Under the pieces are notes generated by a model. The model did not search any database and had not been told where the DNA came from. It worked only from the letters and a program-made list of their open reading frames with translations. From Octopus sinensis (Eukaryota): a stretch of 47,775 bases of DNA. Position numbers and translations under genes: made by a program. Numbering within the stretch: position 1 is the stretch's first letter; every line of letters starts with the position of its first letter. Positions 1 through 14,321 of this stretch are shown in pieces. Location of the stretch: the NCBI RefSeq assembly GCF_006345805.1, contig NW_021832780.1, positions 1-47,775 on the forward strand, written 5' to 3'.

Positions 1-42
1 CTTGTGCCAAAATTAAAATTTTTTGCCTGTAGCTGTGCGGAT

Positions 43-255
43 GGGAGGCAACTGGGGAGTTGTTAGCGCGTCGGACAAAATACCAAGCAGTATTTCTCCA
101 GTGCTTCAGCTTGTAGGTTCAAATCACATCAAGGTCGATTTTGTCTTTCATCCTTCGGGGTCCAATAAAAATTACTAGCCGAATAGTGGGATCGATGGCA
201 TTGACTAACCTCTCAACTTGGAATGCTTGGTTGTGTCTAAAACAGAAACCATTAT
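43..255 (+). mobile_element. Degenerate tRNA-derived SINE
   Basis: ggttcaaatc B box and aggtcgattttgtctttcatccttcggggtc core. Confidence 0.65.
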
Positions 256-601
256 TGACAGCAGCGGCTATCGCTGGCGTTGTTATGGTCAGTCGATGGA
301 CCCACGCAACCCACACCGCTTTCCACCCTCTTCTTTATCATTAACTGGAAATTCGTCCACCATCATACTGATTGAATTGTTTGTCAATATGATCGATATC
401 GATTAAACTGGCCGATAGGCGTAATTAATAAACTTCGATCCGAGTTGCCTCAAGTTGGGATCGAAACCGGGTCAATATATGACTGCTGGTAGTGTCAGAT
501 GTGTCCTCATTAAATGTCATTGCGTTGATTCCTTAATGAGATACCAAAATAAATGGAAAGCACAAGGGAAGCAACTACATGTGTATGCGTGTTTACATAT
601 A

Positions 602-649
<48 letters not shown>

Positions 650-993
650 GCCAGAATGTATGAATTAATGTATGTGGAAATGTTTGTGGATGTGTATGTC
701 AGAATAGTAATGTGAAAGCGTGCGTGAGAATTTATGCATGAGAATATAATAGTGTATGTGTGTATGTGGGATTTCTTTATGCAGAAGGGGGCATGTGTAA
801 GAATATAATTATTGTTTGAGAATATGTCGTGCGTGGGCGGAGTGGAGTGGAAGTATATGCAGAAATGGGCTATCTTTATCTATCTATCTATACTATCTAT
901 CTATCTATCTATCATCTATTATCTATCTATCTATTATCTATCTATGTAAGTTCTACCTATATTAATGATAAATATATATATGTGTATATATAT

Positions 994-1028
<35 letters not shown>

Positions 1029-1029
1029 A

Positions 1030-1920
1030 GTTTAAAATGACGGTGAGAAATTGGATATTAATTTAATTAACATCAATTTCACACCAGTGGTCTAGCATAT
1101 AAAAAAACTGAAGGTTCAGTAAAATTGTATTATATACATATTTGAGGATCTATTTCTAGCCTAAGGGTGTCCATATAGTGGTTTCCCTCCAATATGTATA
1201 TATATATATATATATATATTTATAAATGTATAGTTAATAAAACATATATCAGAAAAGAAGCAGACTTTAAGGAATAGAGCAGTAATTATTACAACAAAAA
1301 TTTTAATTTGAGACATAGAATGACCAAAAGTTCGTATCGACAAAGCCAAAGCCTTGTGGATAGCTTGTTAGACTCTATACAAAGACTAAATTTTTAATTT
1401 TCTACGTCGTGGACGTGAAGAAACGCTCAGAATCGGGATTTAAGTCTTAGCATATCATCTCCGGGTGTGGCGATTGTAATGGTGTGAGATCAGGTTAATC
1501 TGCAAATATAGCTATTTGAAGGTACATTGCCGGTAATGCGGATAGCAGGTCTAAAGTGTCACCGTAGCTTCATAGATGACTTCTTCAGACTCGCATCGGC
1601 CTCCTACTGGACAGTTAATATATCCCCTGCAACAACCTGCCTCTTCCCTTGTACTATGGGTACTTATTAAAATGGTTTGTTTTACGCTAAGTGCACAACT
1701 AAAGGAGACTCTTAGGTTGTGCCTGTTAAATAATTGCCTAAGAGTAGAAACTGTTAACCCCAATTTTTTTTTTCTCTTTGGTTTCCTAAAACATTTAAAA
1801 AAAATATTTGATACAAAAATATTAAACATTCTCTGAAATATTCTTTTGTGGCTTTTCCAACTTTATTTACATTTGTAACTATAATTTTTTATTTTGCACG
1901 GACTCTTAACCACTTTTCAA
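1030..1920 (-). mobile_element. Degenerate Penelope-like element, linker/GIY-YIG endonuclease region
   Basis: ORF 1551-1829 contains LFNRHNLRVSFSC...GCCRGYINCPVGGRCESEEVIYEATVT, which resembles the PLE 'FNRNTxKVSYSC...CxC...CP..G.C....VY.A.V' motif. It is broken by stops and flanked by (TA)n on both sides. Confidence 0.75.
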
Positions 1921-2498
1921 CTATAATATATGTATATATATATATATATAATATATATATATATATATTATTATATATATATATATATATATATCTCATA
2001 TTTTGAGTTCTATTTTCCTGTTTGACTCAACATAGCTATATATATATATATATTATATATATATAATATATATATATATATATGTATATATATATGAATA
2101 AAAAATGGAGTTAATTGTTAACAAGGTAAAATACACTCATCTATATATATATATATATTATATATATATATAATATACATACATATATATATATATATAA
2201 TATAATATATTATATATAATATTATGTATGTAGTATGTAGTATTATATTATTATGTATATATATATATTTATATATGTAATGTATTAGGTATAATAGGTT
2301 TTATATACATATATATATATATATGTGTTAAATATATATATAGTGCTATTAAGTTAGACATGGGGCCTATACTGGCCGAAACCTATCTAACCTAAGTATA
2401 TACATATATATAAATGATGTGTGCATGTACTGTATGTGTATAAACGCTTACTTTTATAGATATGAGTTAGTGCAAACTTTTACACTTAGATATAAACC

Positions 2499-2544
<46 letters not shown>

Positions 2545-2744
2545 CATATATCTACACTCACACAGGTAAATGCCTAGACAGGCAAAAACAAACAGCGCCA
2601 AAAGAAAACAGAAACAACAAACAAACAAACGAAGACCAAAATAATAATGTCCTTTATGACATTCTAATATTTATAGCATTCATAGTTTTTGTCTTGACGC
2701 GATCTTGCTATTTTTCTCTCATCTGTCTCCTCCCATCTCTCTAC

Positions 2745-2990
2745 GACTCACTCTCTTCTCCTTACTCTCCTCTATACACTCACTTTTTCCATAATCTTCG
2801 CCTTACTTTCTTCTTACTCTCCTCCATACACTCACTTCTCCTTACTCTCCCCTATTCACTCTTTTATCCTTACTCTCCTCTATACACTCTCTTCTCCTTA
2901 CTCTCCTCTATAACTCTCTTCTTACTCTCCTCCATACACTCACTTCTCCTTACTCTCCCCTATACACTTTCTTCTCCTTACTCTTCTCCA
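2745..2990. repeat. Pyrimidine-rich minisatellite (~24-28-bp units)
   Basis: Repeated tacact(cact)tctccttactctcctc units. Confidence 0.85.
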
Positions 2991-3502
2991 TCTGCTATCT
3001 ACATCATTCCTCTTCTCCCATCTGTCTGCCTTCCATTCTCCTCTACCTACAACCCACTCTCATCTGCCACCTGTATTCCCCACAGTTGTTTATTTATCTG
3101 GAGACATGAATACTGATAACCGTGTGTTGTGTGGTGATATATTGGTGAGGGTGTTTGCTGGTCAAGCAGAAAAGTATTCCAATGGATATTTGGCGTGAAA
3201 CTTTTAGCGCGATGCCAGTCGCATAGAAAATAGAAATATTTTTCAATATATATCTCTGATTAATGCATGTTTTTCTCTCTCTCCTTTTCACCCTCTCTTC
3301 TTCCCCTTCCCTCTTTTTCTTATATGTACATATGTGTGTGTGTGTGTATTGTAGTAGCAGTAGTTGTAGTGGTGGTGGTGGTGTTAGTAGTAGTAGATGG
3401 ATGCACGTAAGCCCAAGCAGTACAATCTTTAATTCATCTAAATAAAGTAATTAATATCTGAAAGTGTTCGATGACCCAACTACGTAGCTTGAGCTTTGAC
3501 AA

Positions 3503-3548
<46 letters not shown>

Positions 3549-3671
3549 ACATACACACACCACACAACATATATATGTATGTATATATGTATATAGTGTA
3601 GTATATATGATTTATATATATGTTGTATATATGTATATACATATATGTTATATATATATATATGTATATTA

Positions 3672-3713
<42 letters not shown>

Positions 3714-3799
3714 GTATATATATATATATATCTATATATATATTATATATATATATATAATATATATATATAATATATATTATATATATATATATCCTA

Positions 3800-4618
3800 C
3801 TAATATAGGATAAAGTTTTTTTCTAGAGAAAAAAAATTCCATCACAAAATGTGGCAGCACTAATAGATAGGGAGGAATTTCGATTATCCCCACGTGGTGA
3901 GTTGTAATATTTATAAGAAATTAAAGAAGGAAAATGCACACACTTTACATAGTTTTAATATGTTTTGATATAATTTTTAATATATCTAATATTGTGTTTG
4001 TCAACTTGTTTCGCTTTCGGCAATCATGACATTAAAATTGATTTTCTAAAGAAAAATGTTTTTGTCCATTTTGTGTGTGCACTCTTTAAATGAATGATTC
4101 AACAAGTAGAAAAATCTAAGGAGAGGTAATTGGTTATCGTTATTATTTTGAACAGGGGAGATAATTGTTCATCTTTCAGTAGGGGAGATCTATATATACA
4201 CAGAAATTCAAAAATTAGAGTAGTGGGGAAAAATATGGACAGTGATGGGTACGTAATCGTGAATTAAAATATGTATAGAGATCAAAGTTGGTTATGCATG
4301 CATATTTAGACGCGTTCTGTATTTTTCGAGGAATAAATTTTCTTTATTTAAACGTTTTTGTAAAGGAATTATATCTTTGCACTGGTAGAAGGGGAAAACT
4401 GTGAAATATGGTTTGATGTTATCTTCACATCTCTCTATGTGTTCACTTAAAGGAATCTGTATGTATTGCGGGAACCGGATCTGCTCTTTATGTAGAGTGG
4501 TTCTTCGTTTCAATGTCATACTCGTTTGTTCTATATAGTGATGTCCACAACCCGAGCAGGTTATTACATAAATTAGATTCTCAGAGGCACAAGTGAAGTT
4601 GGTTTTAAATGTGAACAC
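3800..4618 (-). mobile_element. Penelope-like element 3' fragment: GIY-YIG endonuclease C-terminus plus 3' region
   Basis: ORF 4292-4633: FTCASENLIYVITCSGCGHHYIEQT..L..R...H...SEH...PFY...RLNKE..F....LN, a GIY-YIG domain with CxxC (YIG changed to YIE). Truncated by a SINE at ~4619; ends at (TA)n near 3795. Confidence 0.88.
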
Positions 4619-4939
4619 TCCATGCTGGAGCACCGCCTTGAAAGGTTTTTAGTCGATCAAATCGACCCAGTGCTTATTCTATCGGTGTCACCGTAGGGGA
4701 CGTAAACACACTAACATCGGTTGTCCAGCGGTGTAGGAGGGACAAACAGAGATAAAAAACACACACATATACATATGTATACTACGGGCGTCTTTTAGTT
4801 TCCGTCCACCAAATCCACTCACAAAGTTTCAGTTGGCCTGAGGTTATAGTAGAAGACACTTGCCAAGGTACCACGTAGTGGGATTGAATCCGAAATCATG
4901 TGACTGGGAAGCAAACTACTTACCACGCAGCTAAGCCTA
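4619..4939 (-). mobile_element. tRNA-derived SINE, second family (internal CA/TG microsatellite)
   Basis: Reverse complement of the family seen at 6433 and 29378 (ggtagacggaaactgaaagaagcccgtcg motif; caaggcggtgctccagcatg tail). Confidence 0.8.
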
Positions 4940-4989
4940 TGTATGTATGTATGTATGTATGTATGTATGTATGTATGTATGTATGTATG

Positions 4990-5021
<32 letters not shown>

Positions 5022-5051
5022 CACGTATGTATCTCTCTCTCTCTCTCCCTC

Positions 5052-5122
<71 letters not shown>

Positions 5123-5367
5123 GCACCTGTGTGTGTGTGTTTGTGTGTACGTGTCTATTTGTAATGTTTTATTTGTTTACTGGTGTCAATTACTGGATTG
5201 CGGCCAAGCCGCGATATTTATTTCTGTTATCATTATAAACCATATCTGGTTAAAATTAGATTGTTGAGATTCACTCAAAGAGACGGTGTCTGACATTCGC
5301 GACATTTTGGCTCTTTCTTTCTCTTACTTCCTCTCCTTCCATTCCTTTCTCTTCACACACATACACA

Positions 5368-5434
<67 letters not shown>

Positions 5435-6147
5435 AACACACACACACACACTCACACATGTATACAAACACACATAAAAACAAACGAAAGAGTAAGATTA
5501 GTCGGTTCATGATTGAAGTGTTTTCCTATTATTCTGAAGTTGATGATTCAATCAGCCATGATTTCAACACAATCGCAACATTTTGCCCGTAAGACGTAAA
5601 TAACAACTAATTCTCCCTAAGCTCACATCCTGTTGACTTCAAAAAGGGAAAGAACTCATTAGATATGATATTTCTAGATACACAGTGTCTCCGCGCACAC
5701 AAAAATGATTTGCGACCGTCTAGATCGTATCTTTTCTCATTGGACTACGGCCATGCTGGAGCAAAGCGAGCTTCTTAACAATACAAGGAGCTGCGTGATA
5801 GCTGACGAGGGATTCTATCATAATACCGACATCCAGCCGTCACTTGCGATTGAATAAGACTTGACAAAATATACCATGTTTTCGTCAGTTTTTTTTAGAT
5901 GCCCATGGAGTCGCAAACTCAAGTTAACCATCCTCGCGAATGGGAGAGCTAGAGCGGGGACACAGCTACGCTGGCATTTCGATGGTGTTCATTTACAGGT
6001 GAGCAGACTGGAACAGGGTGAAGTGAAATGCTTTATGAAGGATACAACATTCCACCCGGAATCGAAGCCACGACCGCAAGGTCGTGTGATGAACCTCCTA
6101 ACCGGTACGTCACGCACTTTCACTAAACAGAGGTACCGATAACTTAA

Positions 6148-6370
6148 CCCTTCAGCATTTAAATTATTCTGTCAAATGTAATGCTTATTGTTTAACATTG
6201 TTTTCAATTAATCCTGCATCATTTCGTAGCTTCGAGATTTTGATGATGAGATTGTCTATGTTTAGAACGAGATTGTGAGGGGTAGGTGTAAAAGGCTAAA
6301 TCTAGCCGATTTGAACATAGAACATGTTGAATATTTGGACCTGGTGTGGCCGGTTTTAACTGCAAAAGGG
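6148..6370. mobile_element. piggyBac-type MITE
   Basis: TTAA|CCCttcagca...tgcaaaaGGG|TTAA: TTAA TSD (6144-6147, 6371-6374) and CCC/GGG termini. Confidence 0.8.
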
Positions 6371-6432
6371 TTAAATATATACATAAACCCTATTTTTCCT
6401 GGATGTGTATATTCTCATCGGCATTTGCATAA

Positions 6433-6915
6433 GGAGCAGACGTGGCTGTGCGGTAAGATGTTTGTTTTCCAGCCACATGGTTCCGGATTCAGTCCCACTG
6501 CGCGGCACTTTTGGCTAAGTGTTTTGTACTATAGCTTCGGGCCGACCAAGGCCTCGGTGTGGATTTGGTAGATGGAAACTGAAAGAACCCTGTCTAGCAC
6601 ACACACACACTCACTCACACACACACACACACAAACACACACACATATATACACACATATATATATATACGTGTGTGTGTGTCTTTCTGTCTGTGTTTGG
6701 CCTCCACCGCCACTTGACAACCGGTGATGGTGTCTTTACTTCCCTGTAACTTAGCGGTTCTTCATAAGGAACCGACAGATTAAGTACTAGGCTTCGAAAA
6801 AAAGAAAACAAAAGTACTGGGATTGATTCATCCCACTAAAATTTCTTGAAGGCGACGCCCCAGCATGGCCGCACACTAATGACTTAAACAAAGAAATGAA
6901 ATATGAAAAGATAAA
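6433..6915 (+). mobile_element. tRNA-derived SINE, second family
   Basis: ggagcagacgtggctgtgcggtaaga..ggattcagtccc..ggtagatggaaactgaaagaa..(CA/TG)n..gccccagcatggccgca..aatgact. Confidence 0.85.
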
Positions 6916-7227
6916 AAATATTGCTATTGTAGTTAGCAGTGGCAACTGTTCGATAACGTTAGGTTTTCATATCTATAGCAAATTCCTAGCCTACAGAAAT
7001 TATCAGACGGGTTTGGAAACAATGGCGCTCCACGACGAACGGATAATCAAGGAACTTATACAACTAAGACTTCAAGATATGAACAAGTAGTTCCCACCAA
7101 GTACATATAAATATTTCCCTTTATTGCCTGTATTTGGTCCACTAAGCCTTAAACCATGGTATGGTGATATTTGCAGTTTACTATATGTATGTCGGTAGTG
7201 CGTGTAAATTAAAAAACAACACACATT

Positions 7228-7269
<42 letters not shown>

Positions 7270-7393
7270 CATAATATGAAAATATGTTTATTATATATAT
7301 ATATTTATATGTATGTATATATAATAGCTTATATGTATATGTGTGTGCCTGTGTGCATCATGTGTATGTATTGTAAAGGTGATGGTATGTCTG

Positions 7394-7459
<66 letters not shown>

Positions 7460-8504
7460 AGTGTGCGTGCACGATATATCACTGAAGGAGAAATATAAAG
7501 AACTGTAGACGTATCACATTTCTCCATGATTCCAACAATTGGCCGAATCTGAAAATCTTTTGGCAAAGTACTCTGATTATTTCCTGTGATTAGAATGGTA
7601 TATATATTTCAATGCATACATATAGACTCCTGTTGTAGATTGTTTCTCTCTTATCGCGTGTACACGCATTGCCTAGTCTCTGTATACGTGAATAAATCCA
7701 CTCACATGCACGCACGCACATACACACACACGCCCACAAACAAACACACACATACACACTCGTACACTAATGAATTGTTGCGTTTAATATCTCACAGTGA
7801 ATAGATGCTCACCGCACCTTGATACGGAAAACTTCAGACTCGTAAGAGTTGAGAAATTAATATTGTATTTGTAGGTGGTTATTTTAGTTTATATCTGTAT
7901 TGTGTATGCGTACAATGTTTTGGGTAGATTGTCTTCTCAGCATTTGTTTATTTCGTTCGACTGTTATTTTCTATGTATATTTTATTCCGTCAAATGTATG
8001 TGCTTAACATGTTTGGGTGTCTATGGATGTATGTGTTAGGACTAAAGACATTGCGGTTATAAATGTTATAGGATTAAATGAAAATTGTTTGTATTTGAGG
8101 ATGGTAATTTTGTTATTAATAGTAAAAAGAAGTGAAACGAAGCGAAAAGGAAAACTATGTGAGATAAATTCAGGATTTGACTAAAGTATTTACCGTTGTG
8201 AGATCAACTGTTATTATTAGTGATGCAGCAGAAAAGTTTTTATAAAGTGGCATGTTGTGTAACGTGAATTGAATGGTTGATATCTGTGTGGTAGTCCCCA
8301 AATGTTTTTTTTTTTTGTTTGGAATCGACTACAGACCCCTTCTGCTACTTCCCAACAGAAAACTGTCGCCACAACACAGAGCTCACATCAATACAAAACT
8401 ACTCCACACACCACTAAATGATTTAATTAACCTTCAAACGAAATATAGTCTACGCAAAACATTTTCGTATCGCAGTTGATTTTCATTTCACTAGTAATAG
8501 ACAA

Positions 8505-8808
8505 ATTTTGTTTTGCGTCCTTTTCAAGCCTAGCCAGTCTCATGGGCCCGGTTTCCCAGTTTCTATGGCGTATGTGTTCCCCCCAGTTAGACGAGACGCC
8601 AGTCCATCACAGCGTTACTCAAGAAAAAGGAAGAAAGAGTGAGAGAAAGTTAGGGCGAAAGAGTACAACAGGGATCACACCCCACTGCCGGAGCCTTGGG
8701 GAACTTTAGGTGTTTTCGCTCAATAAACACACACAACGCTGGGAATCGAAACTGCGATCCTCCGACCGCGAGTCCATTGCCCTAACCACTAGGCCATTGC
8801 GTCGCCAC
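8505..8808 (-). mobile_element. tRNA-derived SINE
   Basis: Minus-strand head ggcgacgcaatggcctagtggttagggcaatggactcgcggtcggaggatcgcagtttcgattccc; tail cccatgagactggctaggcttgaaaaagg. Confidence 0.8.
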
Positions 8809-8854
8809 AATAGACAAATTACCGTCCTTAAAAATAAACCATATTCTTTTAAAC

Positions 8855-9065
8855 CAGTGGTCCTCAACCATATTTTGTCTATGGACCCACCTTGACCCCT
8901 ATTTTACTCAACTAGATCTCCATAGTTATTTGATGTTTAAAACATCCTATTATATTTTTGTAGCTAAATAATATTAGGAACTGTACCAAAAATTGTTAAA
9001 ATATTTTACAGCAAAATCTAATGTGAACCCCCAAGGGTCATATGGACCTAGCCTAAGAAGCACTG
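8855..9065. mobile_element. hAT-type MITE
   Basis: Termini cagtggtcctca.../...aagaagcactg, with 8-bp TSD-like flanks ttttaaac / tttttaac. Confidence 0.7.
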
Positions 9066-9584
9066 TTTTTAACCTATAGATTTTCTGAGCAAAAATCTCT
9101 GTTGTCCAAACTAACATACATACACACACTGCCCAAACATAGTCACTCACCAATACACATAAACAAATTCCCCCAATACATATCCTTCACTCGCGACTAA
9201 CCCGCGACATAACTTTAACCTAAACCTATCATCAAAGAACACAGGGTTCTTTTTTAATCTTTACTTTCCTGAGGATTCCCGTATCAGCGCGAAACCACTG
9301 GTCACTGTGGAGTTTTGAAACTTCAAATTCCTTTGATAGTTATTTATTACCTAACAAAGTTTCTTTCTTAGTTCCTTGTGTCTTACAGGTAATAAAATAT
9401 GTAGATAAATGCAATTTTCACATTAGATTTTGATATAAAATTTTCATTTTTATGCGCGACAACTGGAACAAATGCTCATGCATGCCAAGTGTACCTCACT
9501 TCATATATATGGCTTTGATTTTAAAATGCTATGATGCATATACAAATACACACACATACATACATACATAATACATATACACAC

Positions 9585-9617
<33 letters not shown>

Positions 9618-9854
9618 TGTATGTATGTATGTATGTATGTATGTATGTATGTATGTATGTATGTATGTACGTACGTATGTATGTATGTATGTATGTATGT
9701 ATGTATGTATGTATGTGTATGTATGTATGTATGCATGTATACATATATAATATATATATATATATATAATATATATATATTATATATACACCGGAGTACA
9801 CACATAAATGTGAAACAAGGTGGAAAGAAGTACTCAAATACCAGAGGTAGAGTA

Positions 9855-9980
9855 ATATGCTTTATTTAAAAGTAACAGAAATTTAACAAAAGCTGTTACT
9901 CGGAGTTTCCGAAGAACGGGGACGTGAAACTCCGAGTAACAGCTTTTGTTGAATTTCTGCTGCTTTTAAATAAAGTATAT
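9855..9980. repeat. 55-bp inverted repeat (fold-back through a hammerhead core)
   Basis: Arms 9855-9909 and 9926-9980 (4 mismatches), 16-nt spacer. The junction reads cCGAAGA acg-ggga-cgt GAAA ctccgag TA acag. Confidence 0.85.
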
Positions 9981-10223
9981 ATATACATAATCACATTCAT
10001 ACGTACATACACATATATATATATATGTATGTATATATATATACATATGTGTGTCTGTGCGTGCATGTATGTGCATGTGTGTGCATGTGTGTGTGTGTGT
10101 GGGTGTATACTTATAAATTTATTCACATATATATTGAGAGATAGAGAGAGCTAAACTGATAAAAATAAATATATAGATATAAATACACAAGTCTGTGTAT
10201 GTTTGCTTGTGCGTTTGTTTGCT

Positions 10224-10265
<42 letters not shown>

Positions 10266-10639
10266 TTTATATATACACACACACACACACACCATACGCA
10301 CACACCGATAGTCTTAGACAAGAAGTAATACCGTCAGAATCAATGCTCAGATGGAATATCAATATATATAGTCCTTGCTATATTAAAAGCCAACAATGCG
10401 ATTGACGGATTAAGACTATATAATATCAACAGGAAGATCTGATAGGCGTCGATAAAGAATTCAATTCGATGAGCGGGCCAAGGGAGAGTCTGTCTGCCCG
10501 CGACTATACAGGCACCCAACAAAATTTGTTCTACGCATGGTACGGTACCGTGAAGGCGTGTGATTTAGTGGTTAGTGTTTTCGGCTAACAATCAAGGTCG
10601 TGAGCTCAATTCCTGGCAGCGCGTTCTGTCCTTAAGTGT

Positions 10640-11669
10640 GTCCTGTGAGTGTGTCTCAGGGGACTGTTTTGGGCCCGATTCTCTTTATTGCCTATATAAA
10701 CGATCTTTCCAGCGTCACAAAACACGGCAAAGTGTAAAATTGCGCTGATGACTCCAAGCTCCAGAAAATCATCAATGGAGAAGGAGACGGTACTGAACTC
10801 CAGTTTGATTTACATGGGAAGACAAAAACAAAATCCAACTAAACGAGGGAAAATTTGAGCTGATGCATTTTGAAAGAAAGACTATACTAAAACAGCCATA
10901 ATCTCTTCCCTCAGGGTCACCACTTACAGCATCTAATAATATCAGAGACCTAGGAGTAATTGTTGACAACAATCTCAGCTGGAGTGCCTACGTCAACAAT
11001 AAGGTCGATATAGTTCGTAGGAGGAGCTCTTGGGTCTAAAGAACCTTCCGGTCCAGAGAACAAGGTGTCATCATTCTTTTTTCTCCTCCGTTGTACGGCC
11101 ACACCTCGAATACTACAGTCCCCATACAAAACAAAACACTTCGAAATTTGAATCACCCCAGAGGACATTCACTAAAAGAATTAAGGGCATGACTGATCTC
11201 GATTATTGGGACCGCCTTAAAGCGTTGAAACTCTATTCTCTCCTGCACCGCCGCGAGCGGTACATCATATGCACGATGTGGACAATATACCACCAGCATT
11301 GCCCAAACGACATTAGCTTCAAAATTCATCCAGGGTTAGGACTATGGTCCATACGACCCATACCCAATTCAGGATCATAACACACTAATACACTGCAACA
11401 TAATTTCTTTTCCTCAACAGGCCCTGCCCTATTTAACATTGTCCCCAAACAGATCAAAGAGGAAAAGGATCCCATCACCTTTAAACGGAATCTGGACAAA
11501 TTCCTTCAAGGAATACCAAATAAGTCACCCATATCTGGAAACAACTCCCTACTCGAATTGACCACGATACCACAAAACTCGACTTAAAAAGAATTTAGCT
11601 AATTCTTTAAGGTGGTGCTATTAAGTTAGACATGGCCTGGACCAATCTTTGGACGAAACATCTCTAAGT

Positions 11670-11670
<1 letters not shown>
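10640..11670 (+). mobile_element. 5'-truncated CR1/L2-type LINE (RT domain to 3' end), decayed
   Basis: VSQGTVLGPILFIAYINDL...ADDSKL, RDLGVIVDNNLSW, VRPHLEY, QRTFTKRIKGM.DLDYWDRLKALKLYSL..RRER, with stops and frameshifts. The 3' end gtgctattaagttagacatgg recurs at 2343-2400. Confidence 0.9.
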
Positions 11671-11700
<30 letters not shown>

Positions 11701-13425
11701 GTATGTGTGTATGTATGTATGTATGTATGTATGTATGTTATGTATGTATCTATTATTTTTACTTGTTTCAGTCATTGATCTTCGTTCATGCTGGGATATA
11801 CACAGGTGAACCTTTGTCCAATGATTTTATGAACATTTTCATTTTAATATAATTTTTTTTATGTGAAATTCGGTTTAGCAGACTACTCATCTAATTTCAT
11901 ATGTCAATTACGGGTTTCCTTACAATTTTCATCCAACAAAATCCATTCAGAAAACTTTGGTCAATGCGTGACTCTGGTAGGAAACATTTGAGCAAAGCCA
12001 GTGCATTGGCGTCGAACACGGAAACACGTGAACGCAGCAGTATAGGGACGTGGTAATGCATTTGTATGGTTGTATGTTAGTGTATATTAGTACAATGTTT
12101 GCTGAAGTCTTTGTATAACTCCGGTTTATCCCTAATACAACAGACCTGTGATCATAGGCAACCCGTCTGTGACCATCGCTCTTTCTGCGTTCAGTGTGCA
12201 TCTAAGATCATATAGTTCAATATTATATATATCTTTTAAGACAGTAGGCTACGATTTGAGGGGAAAATTGGTTGCTATTTCTAATAAGTTGAGTGACCCT
12301 CTAGAAGCATCCTGATAGGTTGGTTGGTGCAGTAATGGGGGAGAGATGGAATATTGGTGCAATAGTGCGTTGGTGTGTTTGCGTGGTAGTGTAGTGGTAT
12401 AATGTTATATTGGTACAGTGATCTGTTATCGAAGGTGTCCCTCTCTAACTCTCCCAGCCTTTTTCAATCACTTTCCATCTCCTTTTCTTTTGCCTGCTTT
12501 TTCTTCATCTCATTCTCCCTCTCCTTCCTCCACCCCTCTCGCTCTTTAAAGAGCTGCGGTGCGGATTACTTATGGACGCCATGCCGGTTGTTACGTTGTT
12601 ACACGGACTGTGAACACGACATTGATTTCAGATCTTTTAGTAGTAGTATTAGAATGAAATGGTATTGGTTGTAGTAGGGAAGGAAGGATATTCCAAAGAA
12701 AACACACAGAGGGCGGAAGATGGTGCACTGATTCATTTGAATAGATGTTAATATTTGAAAGCCAGTCCAACGGAGCGTGACCGTCTTACTACAATGCTTC
12801 GTATTTATTGGCTTGTAAATATTTGCTAAGATTTACTTTTTTTCTTCTATTTATCTGTTGTTCAACTATGAAAGAAGTCTTTACTCAAGTGTAGGTTATC
12901 ACTTTGAGGCAAAATTGATCTTTTATGTGTGAATGTATATGTGATATCTCAATATATATTATATATATATATATATATATCTTATTCACCGATGTCAACT
13001 TTGCTTTCACTCTCCTTCGGGGTCGATAGAATAAAGTAGAAATCCAGCATATAATATATATATATATATATTATATATATATATATAATATAATATATAT
13101 ATTATATATATCGACCCCAGGACTTACTCTTTATAAGCCTAGTACTTATTCTATCGGTATCTTTTGCCGAACCGCTAAGTTATGGGGACGTAAACACACC
13201 AGCATCGGTTGTCAAGCGATGTTTGGGAGGACAAACACAGCGCATAAATGTATACACACACAGCATACATACATACATACATACATACGTACATACATAC
13301 ATACATACATACACATACATACATACAACATACCTACATATATATATATAGATGTGTGTGTGTTATATATATAGATATATATATATATATATTAATATAT
13401 ATATATATTATATATATATATATTA

Positions 13426-13463
<38 letters not shown>

Positions 13464-13763
13464 TATATACACATATATACGACGGGCGTCTTTCAGTTTC
13501 CGCCTACCAAATTCACTCACAAAGCTTGGGTGGCCCGAGGCTATAGTAGAAGACACTTGCCCAAGATGCCATATATTATATTCTCTCTCTCTTCTCTCTC
13601 TCTCTCTCTCTCCACACAAACACACACACACATATATATATATATATATCTATATATATATAATAAAAACAAACCACACACACATGATGTCGACATACAT
13701 CATATATAATGTATAAATGTATATATATTATATTTGTGTGCATGTAAATCTATAAATCTATAA

Positions 13764-13801
<38 letters not shown>

Positions 13802-13809
13802 TATATATC

Positions 13810-13840
<31 letters not shown>

Positions 13841-14292
13841 CTATATATATATTATATTTTATATAGATATATTTATAAATATGTATAGGCGTCTGTTTTG
13901 CACCCATGCTCGTAAGATGTAGCTTCGATACCTGGATCGGGCGAAGCGTTGTCCTCGCGAGCAAAACACTTCATTTCATGTTGCACCAGTCCACCCAGTT
14001 GGCAAAAGCATGTGATACTGTGACGGAGTGGCATCCCGTCCAGATGGAAAATACATACACCATAGAATCCGGGAAACCAGCCTCATATGCCTATGGCTCA
14101 AGAAAGATAATGAATAAATTATACGATATAATTTTCTGATAGTTACTATAAATGTATTGATAAGCGGCTTCGAGTTTTCGCCAAATGTATCGTTAATTCA
14201 AGCAATTTGAATAATACATATACCCACTAAAATCTTTCAGTCACTGTCACTACATATATACATGATGATTACCTTATCTTGTCAGGTAATAA

Positions 14293-14321
14293 TCTATTTC
14301 TTTACTACCCACATGGGGCTA
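14293..14321 (-). mobile_element. 29-bp 5'-truncated SINE tail with 14-bp TSD
   Basis: ttgtcaggtaataa is duplicated at 14279-14292 and 14322-14335 around tagccccatgtgggtagtaaagaaataga (minus strand). Confidence 0.85.

Noticed and set aside
2745-2990. Regular short repeats considered as a CRISPR-like array
   Set aside because: A eukaryotic minisatellite with no unique spacers and no cas genes.
9269-9304. CTGAGGA...GAAA ccactgg TC resembling a hammerhead
   Set aside because: Stem III and GUC are present, but neither stem I nor stem II can pair.
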